From Camelus ferus (taxonomy: Eukaryota): a stretch of DNA of 64,000 bases. The stretch spans positions 48,982,001-49,046,000 of the forward strand of contig NC_045697.1 in the NCBI RefSeq assembly GCF_009834535.1, read 5' to 3'. Each line of letters starts with the position of its first letter. Within the stretch, counting starts at the first letter, position 1. Made by a program: the position numbers and the translations under genes. The notes under the pieces were generated by a model. The model ran no database searches. It was given only the letters and a program-made list of their open reading frames with translations, and was not told the DNA's origin. Of the stretch, positions 24,487-37,162 are shown piece by piece.

Positions 24487-26598
24487 TCATGGTATAATCT
24501 TAATGAAACTTGAATAGCTCAAAATATTATAACTAATGACATATATTATAGCCTAGAAGTCAAACTTATCTCATACAGAAGCCTTTGTGATCTGATTTCT
24601 CCCTGTGCATTTTAGCCTCTTCTGCTACCTGTTCCCTGTGTGTACCCTCCATTCCAGCAATGTCAAGCTACTTGCTCTTCCCTGGATGTACTGCACTGTG
24701 CTAGACCTTCATGCCTTTGCCCAGGTTCTTTCCTCTTCTCTACCTGTCTGCCTGGCAACTTACGATCCATCAAGACTCAGCTCAAGCATTTCCTTCTCTG
24801 AAGCCTTCCTTCTAGACACAAGTAGGTCTGTCCTCCTGTACACAGTTATTACTCTTTGTGTGCACATCTGCTGTAGTATTTAATACACTTTATTGTAGTC
24901 ATTAATACACTGTCCTGCCTCATAAGACTGTGAGCCCTTAAAAAAACTACAACTTTAAGTGCTAAAAGTGATGTGCCACTGTATTAAGTACAGAGGATAC
25001 AAAGACGAATATGATAGGACTCACAAGGAGTTCATAGTCTTGAAAGGGAGCTGGCATATAAATATTGACAATACTTTATGATAAGTACACTAATAAAGAT
25101 GGACAGATGATACATAGATAGATAGCTAGATGAAACACAGAGGTAGCAATGAGAGAAGAAACAGTGTCTTAATTAATTTTTCATGTTTATCCTCTAGCAG
25201 TGTGTGTAACACTTGATTGGTCCCAATAAATTTGTTAAACCAGTAAATGTTAGGGCTTTTTGGGTACTTGTAATGTTTAGCACAAACCTCCTATTAACAG
25301 CTATTATACCAGCATGGATATATAAAGGTGGAAAAGGTGTGGTCCTTTTTATGTACACACCTACAGTCTTATGGCTGAGATACTTAAAACAGAAAATGAT
25401 AGTAGCAGGACATTGGTGCTACAGTAGGATTAAGCAATGATGCTAAATCCAGTCGATGCTCTACATTCCTCATCTTACTTGACTTTTCAACGACATTAGA
25501 TACACATGACAATTGTTTTTCTCTTGAAACTCTCTTTTCTCTTAGGTGTCTTGGAAACACCTCTCTTGATTTTCCTCTTGCTCGTTCTTTTCCAGTTTCT
25601 TATTCCAGCAAAACCCTCTGTAACAGACATAGTGTTTCCCATGGCTTCTGTTCCCACTTTTATGCCAGTGAATGTTTGCTTTGTATTTTAAGTCAAACCT
25701 TTTAACTGATCTCCACACAAGTTAGTATATCTATATGTTCCTACATGACAGTTCTACATGAAATGTTTCTCAACATTTCCAAATGCATACATGATCTTTC
25801 CCCCAAACCTTTCTTCTAGCTATACACACAAGGTAAAAACCTGATTCATCCTTGATATCTCTTCCTTTAACCTGATATCCACTTTACTACCAGATTTGAC
25901 CAACATACCTCATATATATTTCTTAAATCTGCTTTCATTTCCACTGTTACTGTCCAAGGTTCAGACTACTCTAGTCATTCACTTGCACTATTGGAGAAGA
26001 AGGTAAGGGACCTCCCTTACAGTGACTATCTAAACAGTGTCAGCTGCAGAATCAGGTAGTGTCCTATTACATTTCCTTCCTTGTGTAGTTTTTGTTTTTC
26101 CTGTGGTTCCTAATTGCCTTTCTTTTTCCGTATACTATTTACCTTTTTCATACCCTCATTTAAAAAATTATCATATAGGTTTTCTATCAAACCCTCCTTT
26201 GACCCAGGACACTAGGAGTTTTCTGTTCTTTAGTCTAGATGAGTTTCTTCTTAGGTCTGTTGTATAACTATTTTCTTGAAACTCCTATCACTAATTTCCT
26301 GGTTGGATTCATAATTTCCAGGATTCACTGTTTTTTCTCTTTCTCTTTCTTGGTTTATTTCTTCATTTAGTCAAAACACATCTTTAGAAACTTCCTAAGA
26401 AAGAGTATATGGTACATACATTTCATGAATTTTTTCATTCTGAGAATGACTTAAGCTGGGTAAAGTTGAAAGCCATTTTCTCTCAGCCCTTTGAAAGCAT
26501 TGCTGCTGATGGGCAGATGTCTATCTGATTCTTATTCCTTTGTAGGTGATGTTTTTTTACTTGAGGTTCATCTTTGGAAACTTTAGGGTCTTCTCTTT

Positions 26599-27374
26599 TT
26601 TTTAACTTTTTTTTTATTGAGTTACAGTCAGTTTACAATGTTGTGTCAATTTTCAGTGTAGAGCACAATATTTCAGTTATAATGAACATACATATATTCA
26701 TTGCCACATTTTTTTCGCTGTGAGCTACCACAAGATCTTATGTATATTTCCCTGTGCTATACAGTATAATCTTGTTTATCTATTCTACATATGCCCGTCA
26801 CTGTCTACAGATTTCGAACTCCCAGTCTGTCCCTTCCCACCCTCCTCCCCCTTGGCAACCACAACTTTATATTCTATATCTATGAGTCTGTTTCTGTTTT
26901 GTATTTATGTGTTTTGTTTTTTTTTAGATTCCACATATATATGAGAATTCTCATATGGCATTTTTCTTTCTCTTTCTGGCTTACTTCACTTAGAATGACA
27001 TTCTCCAGGGACATCCATGTTGCTGCAAATGGCGTTATGTTGTTGGTTTTTATGGCTGAATAGTATTCCATTGTGTAAATATACCACATCTTCTTTATCG
27101 AGTCATCTGTTGATGGACATTTAGGCTGTTTCCATGTCTTGGCTATTGTAAATAGTGCTGCTATGAACATTGGGGTGCAGGTGTCGTCCTGAAGTAGGGT
27201 TCCTTCTGGATATATGCCCAGGAGCAGGAGTCCTGGGTCATACAGTAAGTCTATTCCTAGTCTTTTGAGGAATCTCCATACCGTTTTCCACAGTGGCTGC
27301 ACCAAACTGCATTCCCACCAACAGTGTAGGAGGGTTCCCTTTTCTCCACAGCCTCTCCAGCATTTGTCATTTGT
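26599..27374 (-). mobile_element. Young 5'-truncated L1, antisense, with ORF2 C-terminal fragment
   Basis: ORF 26880..27305(-) [13 protein letters not shown]...[23 protein letters not shown]; poly(T) on the left; 13-bp TSD GGGTCTTCTCTTT (26586-26598, 27375-27387). Confidence 0.95.
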
Positions 27375-28551
27375 GGGTCTTCTCTTTCTCTCTCAAATTC
27401 CACTACAATGTGCTTAGGTGTGGATTTTTGTTTTTTCGTTCACTGTGCCAGGGACTCAGCAGACCCTTTTGGTCTGCAGATTTGTGCCTTTCAGCTTTGA
27501 GGAATTCAGTTGTTTTTTTTTTCCTTTGATAGTTTCTCTCCCTCTGTTTCTTAGCTCTCTTTTTCTGAAGCCCCTGTTAGTCAGATATTATCTCCTAGGT
27601 TGAACCTCTAAATCTCTTACCTTTTCTTTCAAAATTTGTGTCTTTTTTTCTACTATTGTGGGGCATTTTTTGACTTTCAGTATTTCTATTGTAACTTTTT
27701 AGTTTGCAACCATATTTTTAATTTCCAGGAACTCTTTTTTCTCCTCTGATCAGTTCTTTGGCATGGTGTCCTGCTCTTACTTTATAGCTAAAATGTCTCT
27801 CAGATTTCTCCGCAATGCAGGTTTTTGGAAGTATTCTTCCATTGCTGCAATGTCTACCTTCGTTTCTTTAAATGTTTTCTTCTTGGTATTTGCTCATTTG
27901 TTTATCTTGATTTCTTTTTTATTTTGTGATCTTCCTTCAAGTGTTCAGTGGGTTTTGGCTTTTTGTTCTTACTCTAGCATGAACAGTAAAACAAAAACAG
28001 AAACAAACAAAAAAACTGATGGCGTCTCTCTATGTATGGGCAGAACTTGATGCCTTTACTTTAGGGTAATTAGGTAGAGCATCAGCTGTTATGCTGGGAG
28101 ATCTCTCAGTGCCTGATTTTAGAGATCTTGGTGAGTTTTTTTGCAGTAGAACACCTGGGTTGTTGAATGGCGGTTGTCAGCTGCCAAGTATTTTAAGTCA
28201 GTTGGAGGTAGGGGGTGACTTTTCTATGTATAGAATTTCAACCAGTTCTCCTGTTCTCAGGAGTGGAGCTTGTTCCTATCTCTGTCATGAGCCAGAAGTC
28301 AGATTTGTTCTAGACACAGTATTTCGGTTGTAAAGTAGAGAGTGAATTGAAAGGGGGCAAGGCTGAGACAGTGAGACTAAAGTATTACAGAAATCTAGGT
28401 GAGAAATAATTAATTAGGCATGAAACAGTGGTAAAAGGGGAAGGGGGTACACACAACAATAAATCACTGATATATAGATTTTGGGAAATTATTAGCTATG
28501 AGAAAATATGTCCCTCTAATGAAGACTAATTTGCAGGACATTTTTTTTCAG

Positions 28552-28661
28552 AGCAATGAATTGCATGAGAAACAGAAGTTTTACCTAAGACAGTCAGTCA
28601 TCGATTTGCAAACAAAACTTCAAGAGATGCAGATGGAGAGAGATGCCGTGGCTGACATCAG
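28552..28661 (+). CDS. CCDC158: CCDC158 exon 5 (SNELHEKQKFYLRQSVIDLQTKLQEMQMERDAVADIR)
   Basis: ttttttttcag| acceptor, CAG|GTTGGG donor, 110 nt. Confidence 0.96.
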
Positions 28662-28774
28662 GTTGGGTTTCGTTACCTGAAATTATCTTAAAGTTTTACT
28701 CTTTGTAGTTTGAAACCACTTGTGTGAATTTGAGTTTTATCAATATTATTTCTTCTCTTTTATTTATTTCGTAG

Positions 28775-29102
28775 ACGAAGGGAGAGTCAGTCCCAGGAGG
28801 ATTTAAGAAATCAGCTTCAAAATACCGTTCATGAACTTGAAGCTGCCAAATGCCTTAAGGAGGATATGCTGAAAGACAGCAACACACAGATAGAGCAGCT
28901 AAGAAAGATGATGCTTAGTCATGAGGGAGTGCTTCAAGAAATCCGAGCAATCCTAGCTGACTTTGAAGAAGCCTCAGGCAAGAAAATATATGAACACGAC
29001 AGCATGTCTACCATCCACTTCCGCAGCATGGGCCCAGCTATTAGTAAAATCCTAAGAGAATTAGACACAGAGATTTCTTTTCTTAAAGGGAGGATATTTC
29101 CA
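28775..29102 (+). CDS. CCDC158: CCDC158 exon 6 (RRESQSQEDLRNQL...LKGRIFP)
   Basis: ttcgtag| acceptor, CCA|GTAAGT donor, 328 nt, cumulative 726. Confidence 0.97.
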
Positions 29103-29456
29103 GTAAGTGGTGAGAACACTACGTCAATTTTATATTAAAATTCATTAAGACAATAGTATGAAGCATATAATTTTTTAAATTCTTAAAAGTAAGCCAGTAT
29201 CTCATTCTTGATCTCTAAAATAACAGAAGTTACTTCCACAGTGCTCTCTCTTAATAAAGGGAACTAACTTCACTTACTTGTATAGTTTCATGAGAGTTTA
29301 GCTAAAGTGAAAGATTTAATAAAATACAGCAATAGAATGTATCCAGTTCTAGTATTTGCATCTTTCTAAAGCATTCCTTTAGTTAGGAAATCTGTAAATT
29401 TTCCAAGCTTTAGATTTACCAGTTCCTAAATCAATGTCTCTTTTTTTTATAACCAG

Positions 29457-29533
29457 GTAGAGGATCAGCTTGAAGCACTGAAATCTGACTCACAAAATAA
29501 AATGGAACTACTTCTTCAACAACATCAAGATAG
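29457..29533 (+). CDS. CCDC158: CCDC158 exon 7 (VEDQLEALKSDSQNKMELLLQQHQDR)
   Basis: aaccag| acceptor, TAG|GTAGGT donor, 77 nt. Confidence 0.95.
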
Positions 29534-29662
29534 GTAGGTTTCTGACTGAGATATAGAAAACCATAGTGAACCTGTATCATAAGTCTACAGTCTCTCATTA
29601 ACAATTCCAAAATCTAAAAAGCTTTAAAACAGAATTTTTTTCATAGGTTTCTGGCAGGCTCA

Positions 29663-29984
29663 TGATAAGAAAAAATTATTCTGACACTTAAAAAGGAGGG
29701 AAGACTTTATTCGAGGCTATTGCTATTGTAATAGGAGTTTGCATTAGAAACTAGTCAGACTTAACTCCCAGTACAAGGACAATGGGATTCATAGCCAAGA
29801 AGCAGGGTGAGGAGGTTAGCAGATGGAAAATTACTAGAAGAGAAGGCATCAAGGGTTGGGGGATTCTCACTAAACTGACTTAGCAAAGTTTTTACTAAGC
29901 CTAGGCTTCTTACTAACACGGGTAGGGGTGTGGACTGCCAAGAGGAGTCTGACTAAAGTTTGGTCAAGGTGATAATCTTTGTCA
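29663..29984 (-). mobile_element. Solo LTR (ERV1-type) nested in a Tigger-like DNA element (~29587-30240)
   Basis: TG...CA termini, 4-bp TSD CTCA (29659-29662, 29985-29988), antisense AATAAA (tttatt near 29706). Confidence 0.75.
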
Positions 29985-30386
29985 CTCATTTGTTGACAAA
30001 ACCTGGTCTGAGCTAATATAAAGCTCTGTATAGTCTTTATGATTCAGTGTGAATACTTAAAAACCTATTATTGCATTAGTAATATGTCTGTCTTCTAGAA
30101 AACTTCCCTAGATCTCTCTGGGGGTGTCAATTTGTATTTAGTACAGTTATTTATTACAATTGTAAAAATTTTTTTTAAAATTCTGAATTCTCTAACTGAA
30201 CTGGCCCCCCAAAGGATTTGAATAAAGGATTCTGGATCTAACTTATATTCTTGTCATAAAAAGAATAGCATATTTAAAGCTAAAACAAAATACGAAAGTT
30301 GAGAGTGTTGAAGTTATTAATTTTTGGAATAAATTCATTGTCGGGAAAATCTGTATCGAATAACAATTAGCACATTATTTTTATAG

Positions 30387-30497
30387 GATTGAGCAGTTAA
30401 TAAGTGAACATGAAGTTGAAATAGCAGGACTTACTGAGAAAGCTAGCAGTGCTCGGAGCCAAGCCAATAGTATCCAGAGTCAACTGGAAATCATTCA
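30387..30497 (+). CDS. CCDC158: CCDC158 exon 8 (IEQLISEHEVEIAGLTEKASSARSQANSIQSQLEIIQ)
   Basis: ttttatag| acceptor, TCA|GTATGT donor, 111 nt. Confidence 0.96.
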
Positions 30498-30766
30498 GTA
30501 TGTGTGTCCTGGTGGTTTGAAATTGAGTCTTTTATTTCACTTTATTTTTATTAATTTTTTGTTCTAAGATCTTAAAAATTGCTTCATAATTGATTCTACA
30601 AGAAAGTAAAACTTAGTTCTAGCATTCAAATGAATAGAAAAAATTAATTAATGTATAGATAATGCTGTCTGACCCTACCAGAAGTATTATTGCAAGTATT
30701 TGGACCTTTGGGGATTAGATATTTTAAATATTGTCTGTATTTCAACTGAAAGGATAAAACACCCAG

Positions 30767-30799
<33 letters not shown>

Positions 30800-30832
30800 A
30801 TGTATATATATATATGTGTGTGTGTATGTATA
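30767..30832. repeat. Compound (TA)n(TG)n microsatellite
   Basis: Alternating TA and TG blocks read directly. Confidence 0.95.
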
Positions 30833-31157
30833 AATATATAAAAATAAATACATATGTATCATTAATTTCATAATTTGAGCTCCTATGTTGAAACTTTGTA
30901 TATGGATATTTTCGGTTATACACAAAAGTAGAGAGAAGATTGTGTAATGAACTCCTGTGTACACATCACCTACCTTTAATAGTTAATATTTTTGAACTTA
31001 AGCTTTTAAGAAGCAGTTTTGGAAAGTAAGAGACTACTGGTCTAATAATGCCATATAAAACAATTAGTGGAAGTATCTAAAAGCTAGAATACCCTTAAGT
31101 ATCACACTTATTCTTAGTTTGCTCTTTGCTTTTATTCCCCCTTTAAACACTTCTTAG

Positions 31158-31272
31158 AGAACAAGCAAGAAACCAGAATTCAATGTATATGCGTCAACTC
31201 AGTGACCTGGAATCTACTGTTTCTCAACTACGTTCTGAATTAAGGGAAACCAAAAGGATGTACGAGGACAAG
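31158..31272 (+). CDS. CCDC158: CCDC158 exon 9 (EQARNQNSMYMRQLSDLESTVSQLRSELRETKRMYEDK)
   Basis: ttcttag| acceptor, AAG|GTGAGC donor, 115 nt, cumulative 1029. Confidence 0.96.
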
Positions 31273-31396
31273 GTGAGCTTAGGCTTTGCTGCTCTGCTTC
31301 CAGCGGCTGTTATACACAGAATCAATTACATAATCTTTAGTAGTTTATTTGCAAATGAGGAATTGAAGCAATCAAGATTAAAAGCAGTTTATAGAG

Positions 31397-31450
31397 TGGA
31401 TGCTAAATATCTACATGTTAAATTGGATGCTAAATATCTACATGTTAAAT
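31397..31450. repeat. Perfect 27-bp tandem duplication
   Basis: TGGATGCTAAATATCTACATGTTAAAT occurs twice in tandem. Confidence 0.95.
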
Positions 31451-34400
31451 TTTAGATAAAGAATTTTTAAGTTAGCTCAAATTAATTCATTCTTAGAAAA
31501 GTTTTTTGCAGACTTCAAGTAAGTTTCTAAAAAATAAATAATGAGGCCATTTTAATTTGTTTTCAAGGCTTAGTTAGCTTCAGCAAGTGCTTGGTACCAG
31601 CTGGTCTCCCTCTACCACTGAATATTTCAGGGGCTTACCTCCTCTCTTACTTCAGCTCCTACATGTTAATCATTGTACGACGAGCAAACTGAATTCACTT
31701 TAAGATTAGTCTAAATAAAAAACAATTAGGAAGCTAAATCTTCATATCTCATCACACAGTTCCTATTAAAACCCAGTATTAATTAATATTTGTTACAGTA
31801 TTCTGTTCTCTCACTCTCCATAGCTAAAGAGAAGCTGTTCATTATTATTGTCAACCATTTTTCCAGACCTTAGGTTTTTGTTAATTTCAAGGACACAAAA
31901 CAGTGTTCTGTTTTGTGAATACCACCTTTCATCTTCAAAATGTTCTAGTTTGGAAGGTAAATTCCATATATAATTGTCCTACCTGTAAGACAACCACTAA
32001 CCACTAAGTTCTAACCACTTGTAGCCAATTTCTTATACCTTAGTTAATTGGGAAGAAATAGAGTATAAGGAAGCTGTCAGATTTTCTTTATAAAAATAAC
32101 TCAAATCTACAAGGTAACAGTACGAGAAAAAAGCTCCCTATGGGAAGAGGCAGTTGGAGCACTAATTCTTCCAGATATTTTCCTGCTGTTGGGCAACCCT
32201 TTCTGTAATTGCCACTGTCATCCCTGTGCTGGCCACAGGAGGGGGCTCTTTCTTCTGCATGGACTGTAAGACCTGGACTTTGAATTCCTTGTGGCACAGC
32301 TAGAAGAAGAATGGAAAATCTAGACATGACTTTACTATAAAAGTCTAAATAATAAAGAGTAACATGAAACTATATAATCTGTTATGAGATTTGGGTCCTC
32401 TACAGGGGCTTTCAGACATTTTTGATCACTACCCACAGCAAGAAATACAGTTTACCATATGGTCTAGTACACACGTACAACTTGAAGCATGTTTCACTGA
32501 ACAATATTACTATTACTTAGATGCTGGTTCCTTTCTGTTCTCGTCAGATGCTGATTTGATGCTCACTAAGTTGATTTCATGTTTCACTGGTGGGTTGCAG
32601 CGTGAATAACACTGCTCTCCCAAACCTCTTCCTTAGCTCTTGGCCTGGCTAAATCCTCGTGTCAAGGTCATTTCAACCCCTGCCACCTGGAAGCAGCCAT
32701 AAGGAACTTTAGACTTCTTAAGGGCTAAAACCCAAGAAACAAAAGCCCAGAGAGAAACATTTATTCCTTCCTGCTTCTCTGAGGCCTGCTTTTTGTGTTG
32801 TGGTTTCTTTCCTCAGGATGAGCTTTTCCCTTGAAGATTAACAGCAGGAATATCCACCCCATTTTTGGCAGATCAAGCCTACACAGAAGGTCTTGGTCTC
32901 ACCCTGTAGGATGGCCATGATTTCAGTACAGCATGGGGTGAAAAGGTGCTTTATCACTCAGGTCTAGCGCAGGTAGGCACTTTGGGAGACCTGAGCACTG
33001 ACAATTTGACAACGAGAGAGGAAATAGGAGAGCTGTTGTATTATAGTTCAGTACAATAACTGTTAATTCAGCACTACTCAAACCATTTTGAAAAGACTAA
33101 ATATTCATTGTTTATTGACAAATTAAGTCCTTTGAAAAGCCAAGAAACACTAAATAAAACTCAGCTCACCTGTTTGTCTTACATAATTTGAAATTGTTAC
33201 AACTTTCCATTGTAATGTTGCTTGGAAAAATTGCCCCTTCATAAACTATCACCCATTGTTTGCTAATCTGCATACAGTCTGATATATAGCATCATGCTGA
33301 TCAATTCTGAATTTGGCCATGGTGGGAAATTTTGACAAATACTAACACCTAAACAGTAGAAAAATAGCTTTTGTGCTTGTAAACATCTATCTCTTTAGCA
33401 GTGTAGAAGCATAAGCATCCAGATAAATGACTGCACACGTTTTAGATAAGTGTTTCTTGAGGTCCACAGAGATACAAACATAATACTATACTCATTGTTT
33501 TGTTTTGCTGTGATGTAAACAATGGATCACCAAGAATTTTGAGTCTCAAAGTCAATATTTAATGGAAATAAAGGGGACATATTAGTTTAATTAATTTTAA
33601 TCCAGATCACTGAGACTTACAATAAAGCATATTGAATCTAACTGAGTTGGCACCTAGTTGATGGTTAACTAGGCTCTCTTAATAGTAACTCCTTTTAGTC
33701 AGGGGACACTGAGAGATGATTATCCTGCCATATTAATACAGATTTGAGTATACACCATCCTGAAAGACATTAATATACGATGTAACTGAGCAAGTTTAAA
33801 AAATTTTGCATTTTGGGTTCATGAAAAATTCTATTGTTACGAAAAGTTTTTGTTGTATTAAATTGAATATAGAATCTAAGGAAACACAGATTCTGTTTAA
33901 TTTCTTTCATTTTCATGTACTTTGACTTTACATTGCTAAAGCCTATTAAAACTTTAAAGTCTATTTTATTTTCCACTGCTTCAGTGCACATTTTAGTATA
34001 TACTGTCCAAATAACAATAAGGAAAAAAATATTTAAAAGCTATGATAAAAAATGAGATTTGTGAGAAAAGAAACTTATAGGGGTATTTTGATATTATACA
34101 TAAACGTATTTTATGAGAGGCAGGCCATATTTCTCCAGAGGTCAGATTCCATAAGAAAAAAGTGTTTACTATTTTTAAAATTGGTGGCATGACAGGTCTG
34201 AACAAAACTTTTCCAACTAGAATGCATGAATTAAGAGAAAACTTACTTAGGACAGTGTTTCTTTTCATATAAAAATATGTTCATATTGATGAAAATAGAA
34301 ATTGTGTTTCAAAGATTTTAGACATAGCTTTTGGATGTACAAAAGTGTTTTACTGTAATGTATTTTTTTTTCTATTCTTCTCTTTCCATTTTAGGAGAAC

Positions 34401-37042
34401 CTCCAGAATTCCCCTATACGAATTTGGACCAGTAGAAGCTGTCACTATTGGCTCTGTAGATTTGGCTTTACTCTTAACTTTCGCTTTTTGACAACAAAAA
34501 TATCTCATGATCTTGATTCTAAGTTTATTTTTCATACTTTGAAAGCATTTGGGGCTGAATTTCGTACTCATAAAGTGAAGATTTAGTAGCACTGGCTGGA
34601 GCTATATACGGTACGGGAAGATTCTGTGCAAACCTCTTTGCATAGTTCTGCCAACGCACCTCCATGCCTACCTGCAGCATCCCTTGTTATCCCATAACTG
34701 TGTCTTTTTGCACACAGAAAACAAAAGATACAATTTGGCATGATTGGTAATATCTAAAATGACCGTAATTTTAGAATGAGATCCCAGTACTTATTTGTCC
34801 AGTGATCCAAAACAAACAGTAGATTCATAGATGGTGAAAGGGAAAACCAGTGCTGCTACTTAAAAAGAAAAGAGAAAGAAAAAATTTTTACTATATCTCA
34901 GATGTCGGTATTTATTCTGGACATTTTAAAAGGCTTTTCTTCATAGTGCTTTTTACAGCTGTTTGTATCAGCTCAGCTGCTACTTCAATGGTTTTCCCTT
35001 TCACTCTCCATTTATCTTTTGATTGATTAATCAATATAAATATTTTTACTCTAAAAAGTGAAAGGTAAAAGCAGAGCGATAGCAGTTGAGTCAGTACTGA
35101 CAACTACAAACATGTTCCTGCAGGGGTCTGGAGGAACTTCTGATATTAAGCTTAGACGGAAAGACAAGAGTTGGCTCTTTTTCTTTTTTTTTTCTTTTTT
35201 TCTTCTTTTCAAAATTTTGGTATTATAGATTTTAACATCAAATGGTTATCCAGAATTTTTTAAAAAGTGAAAACAGACATAAAATCGCGAGTCTTAATTT
35301 AAGGTTTTAAAGCACATTTACAAATACTTTGGTCAAAGACAGAAATGGTTTTGTGCCAGAGTAGGAGTAGAAAATGTTTGTTTTAGTCATATGAGCAACT
35401 TTTCAAATTGAAAGTGTTCTTGTTAAATTTATAGCTCAAAATGTGGCTCCTTTGACCATATTTTGTTTCCAAAGACAATGGAAAACAGAATTTCAGCCTT
35501 ACTAATACTGATCTTGTGTGAAAAAGTATTAGAAGCAGAAATGAAAGGAATTTGAAAGATCATCTAGAACACTCTTCAAATTATAGATGAAAAATTATAA
35601 TTTAGACTCAAATTATAGACTTAGAGAGCTTATGTGACAGAAGCTGGTTCAGAATCCAAGGTGTTGCCTCTCTGATCACATTTGTCTACTCAAAGTAAAA
35701 GTTTGTGGCTTTTTTCCTAAGTATTCCTAATGTATTTGCGAAGTGGGCTAACTTAGGCTCTCCTAATAACATAGCTGAGAAGGTTGTATCAACTGATATT
35801 ATTCACTCATTTTTCTTATGAAGCTTCTTGTGCTGCAGAGGTTGAACTGTTATAGGGCTTTTCTCTGTATATGTCCCCCAAGGAGCATAAGAATGAAACT
35901 ACTTCTTTGTAGGATTATTAGAATCTCTGAGCACATTTCTGTCGGTCACAGATTATTTTACCTAATTCCTGTGAAACTTTTTTTTTATATATAACATGCA
36001 ATCAAAAGCAAAGTCAGTTTTAAAATACATCCAATGTAAATATTAAAATTTATATTCTGATCCCTGTAGGCTGTGATACTCCTCTGTTAGTAGATGTGAA
36101 ACTGTTTGATAGTCCTATATTAGTATTTTCTTAAGTCATGTGTGTATGTGTAGATTAGGAGATATATATATATGATGTATAACTTCTATGTATTCATACT
36201 TATACCATTTATCAAAGAGATAGTTGCAGATATGGCTGTGTATAATATGATTAATAAGTATGTGCTGAATTAATAAATGAAGATCTTAAATGAACTTAGT
36301 CCACTTTAAAATAGTCTTCAAGAAAAGTTAGTCTCATCCATATGTTCTCTAAGAAGATTTAATCACAGTTTATCACCCAAACCAATCAGTAAGTTTTATT
36401 GTTGACAGTAGATTTGGAAGCCTGTTGACAGATCCCTTAGACGTAAGAAGGAATATGTAGCATTTGTGCAGACATGAGAGGTTTCTTATTATTGGAAAGT
36501 GGATGATGGAATATTACCGTGGGTATGATATTAAAGATCAGTTATCACTACATAGCAATAGTCTCACTTATCCTTTTAAAGTAGAGTGACTATAAAATAC
36601 TGACAGTGGCTATAAACTTGTTATCACCCTTCATTCTCTTATATTCAATGCCTTTTATTATTGAAACTGATATTCTGAAACAGCATAGCTCTGCTAAGTA
36701 TAATATAGTTCATTTGTGTGGGCTCTGCAGAGTGTTATTTATGCCACATCAAGCTTCCTTAAATACCACATTATAGAACACATATTCACAGAAAATGAAC
36801 CTTGAATGAAACGAGAGCCGTGCATTACAGATGACGGCTAAATCTAAGAGTACCAAGTATTTCATTTTGGTCAATTTCTCTGGTTAAATTCTACATAGAT
36901 CTTAAGTTTAGAAAACTTTGCAAAACACTTCACAATAAACTTTTATTTTTGCCCCCAAAATAATACCATTTGTTTTCCAAAGACTGTATTTATTTTATAT
37001 TACCCATTGACATAGTCAGACAGATTTGTACTTTCCTTTTAG

Positions 37043-37162
37043 ATAGAAGAGCTGGAGAAGCAGTTAGTTCTTGCCAACTCAGAGTTAACAGAAGCACGGA
37101 CGGAACGTGATCAGTTCAGTCAGGAATCTGGAAATCTGGACGATCAACTTCAAAAGCTCTTG
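37043..37162 (+). CDS. CCDC158: CCDC158 exon 10 (IEELEKQLVLANSELTEARTERDQFSQESGNLDDQLQKLL)
   Basis: ccttttag| acceptor, TTG|GTAAGA donor, 120 nt. Confidence 0.96.

Noticed and set aside
26720..27529. ORF cluster on both strands including a 141-aa ORF
   Set aside because: L1 ORF2 C-terminal fragment and its antisense frames within a 5'-truncated insertion; not a host gene.
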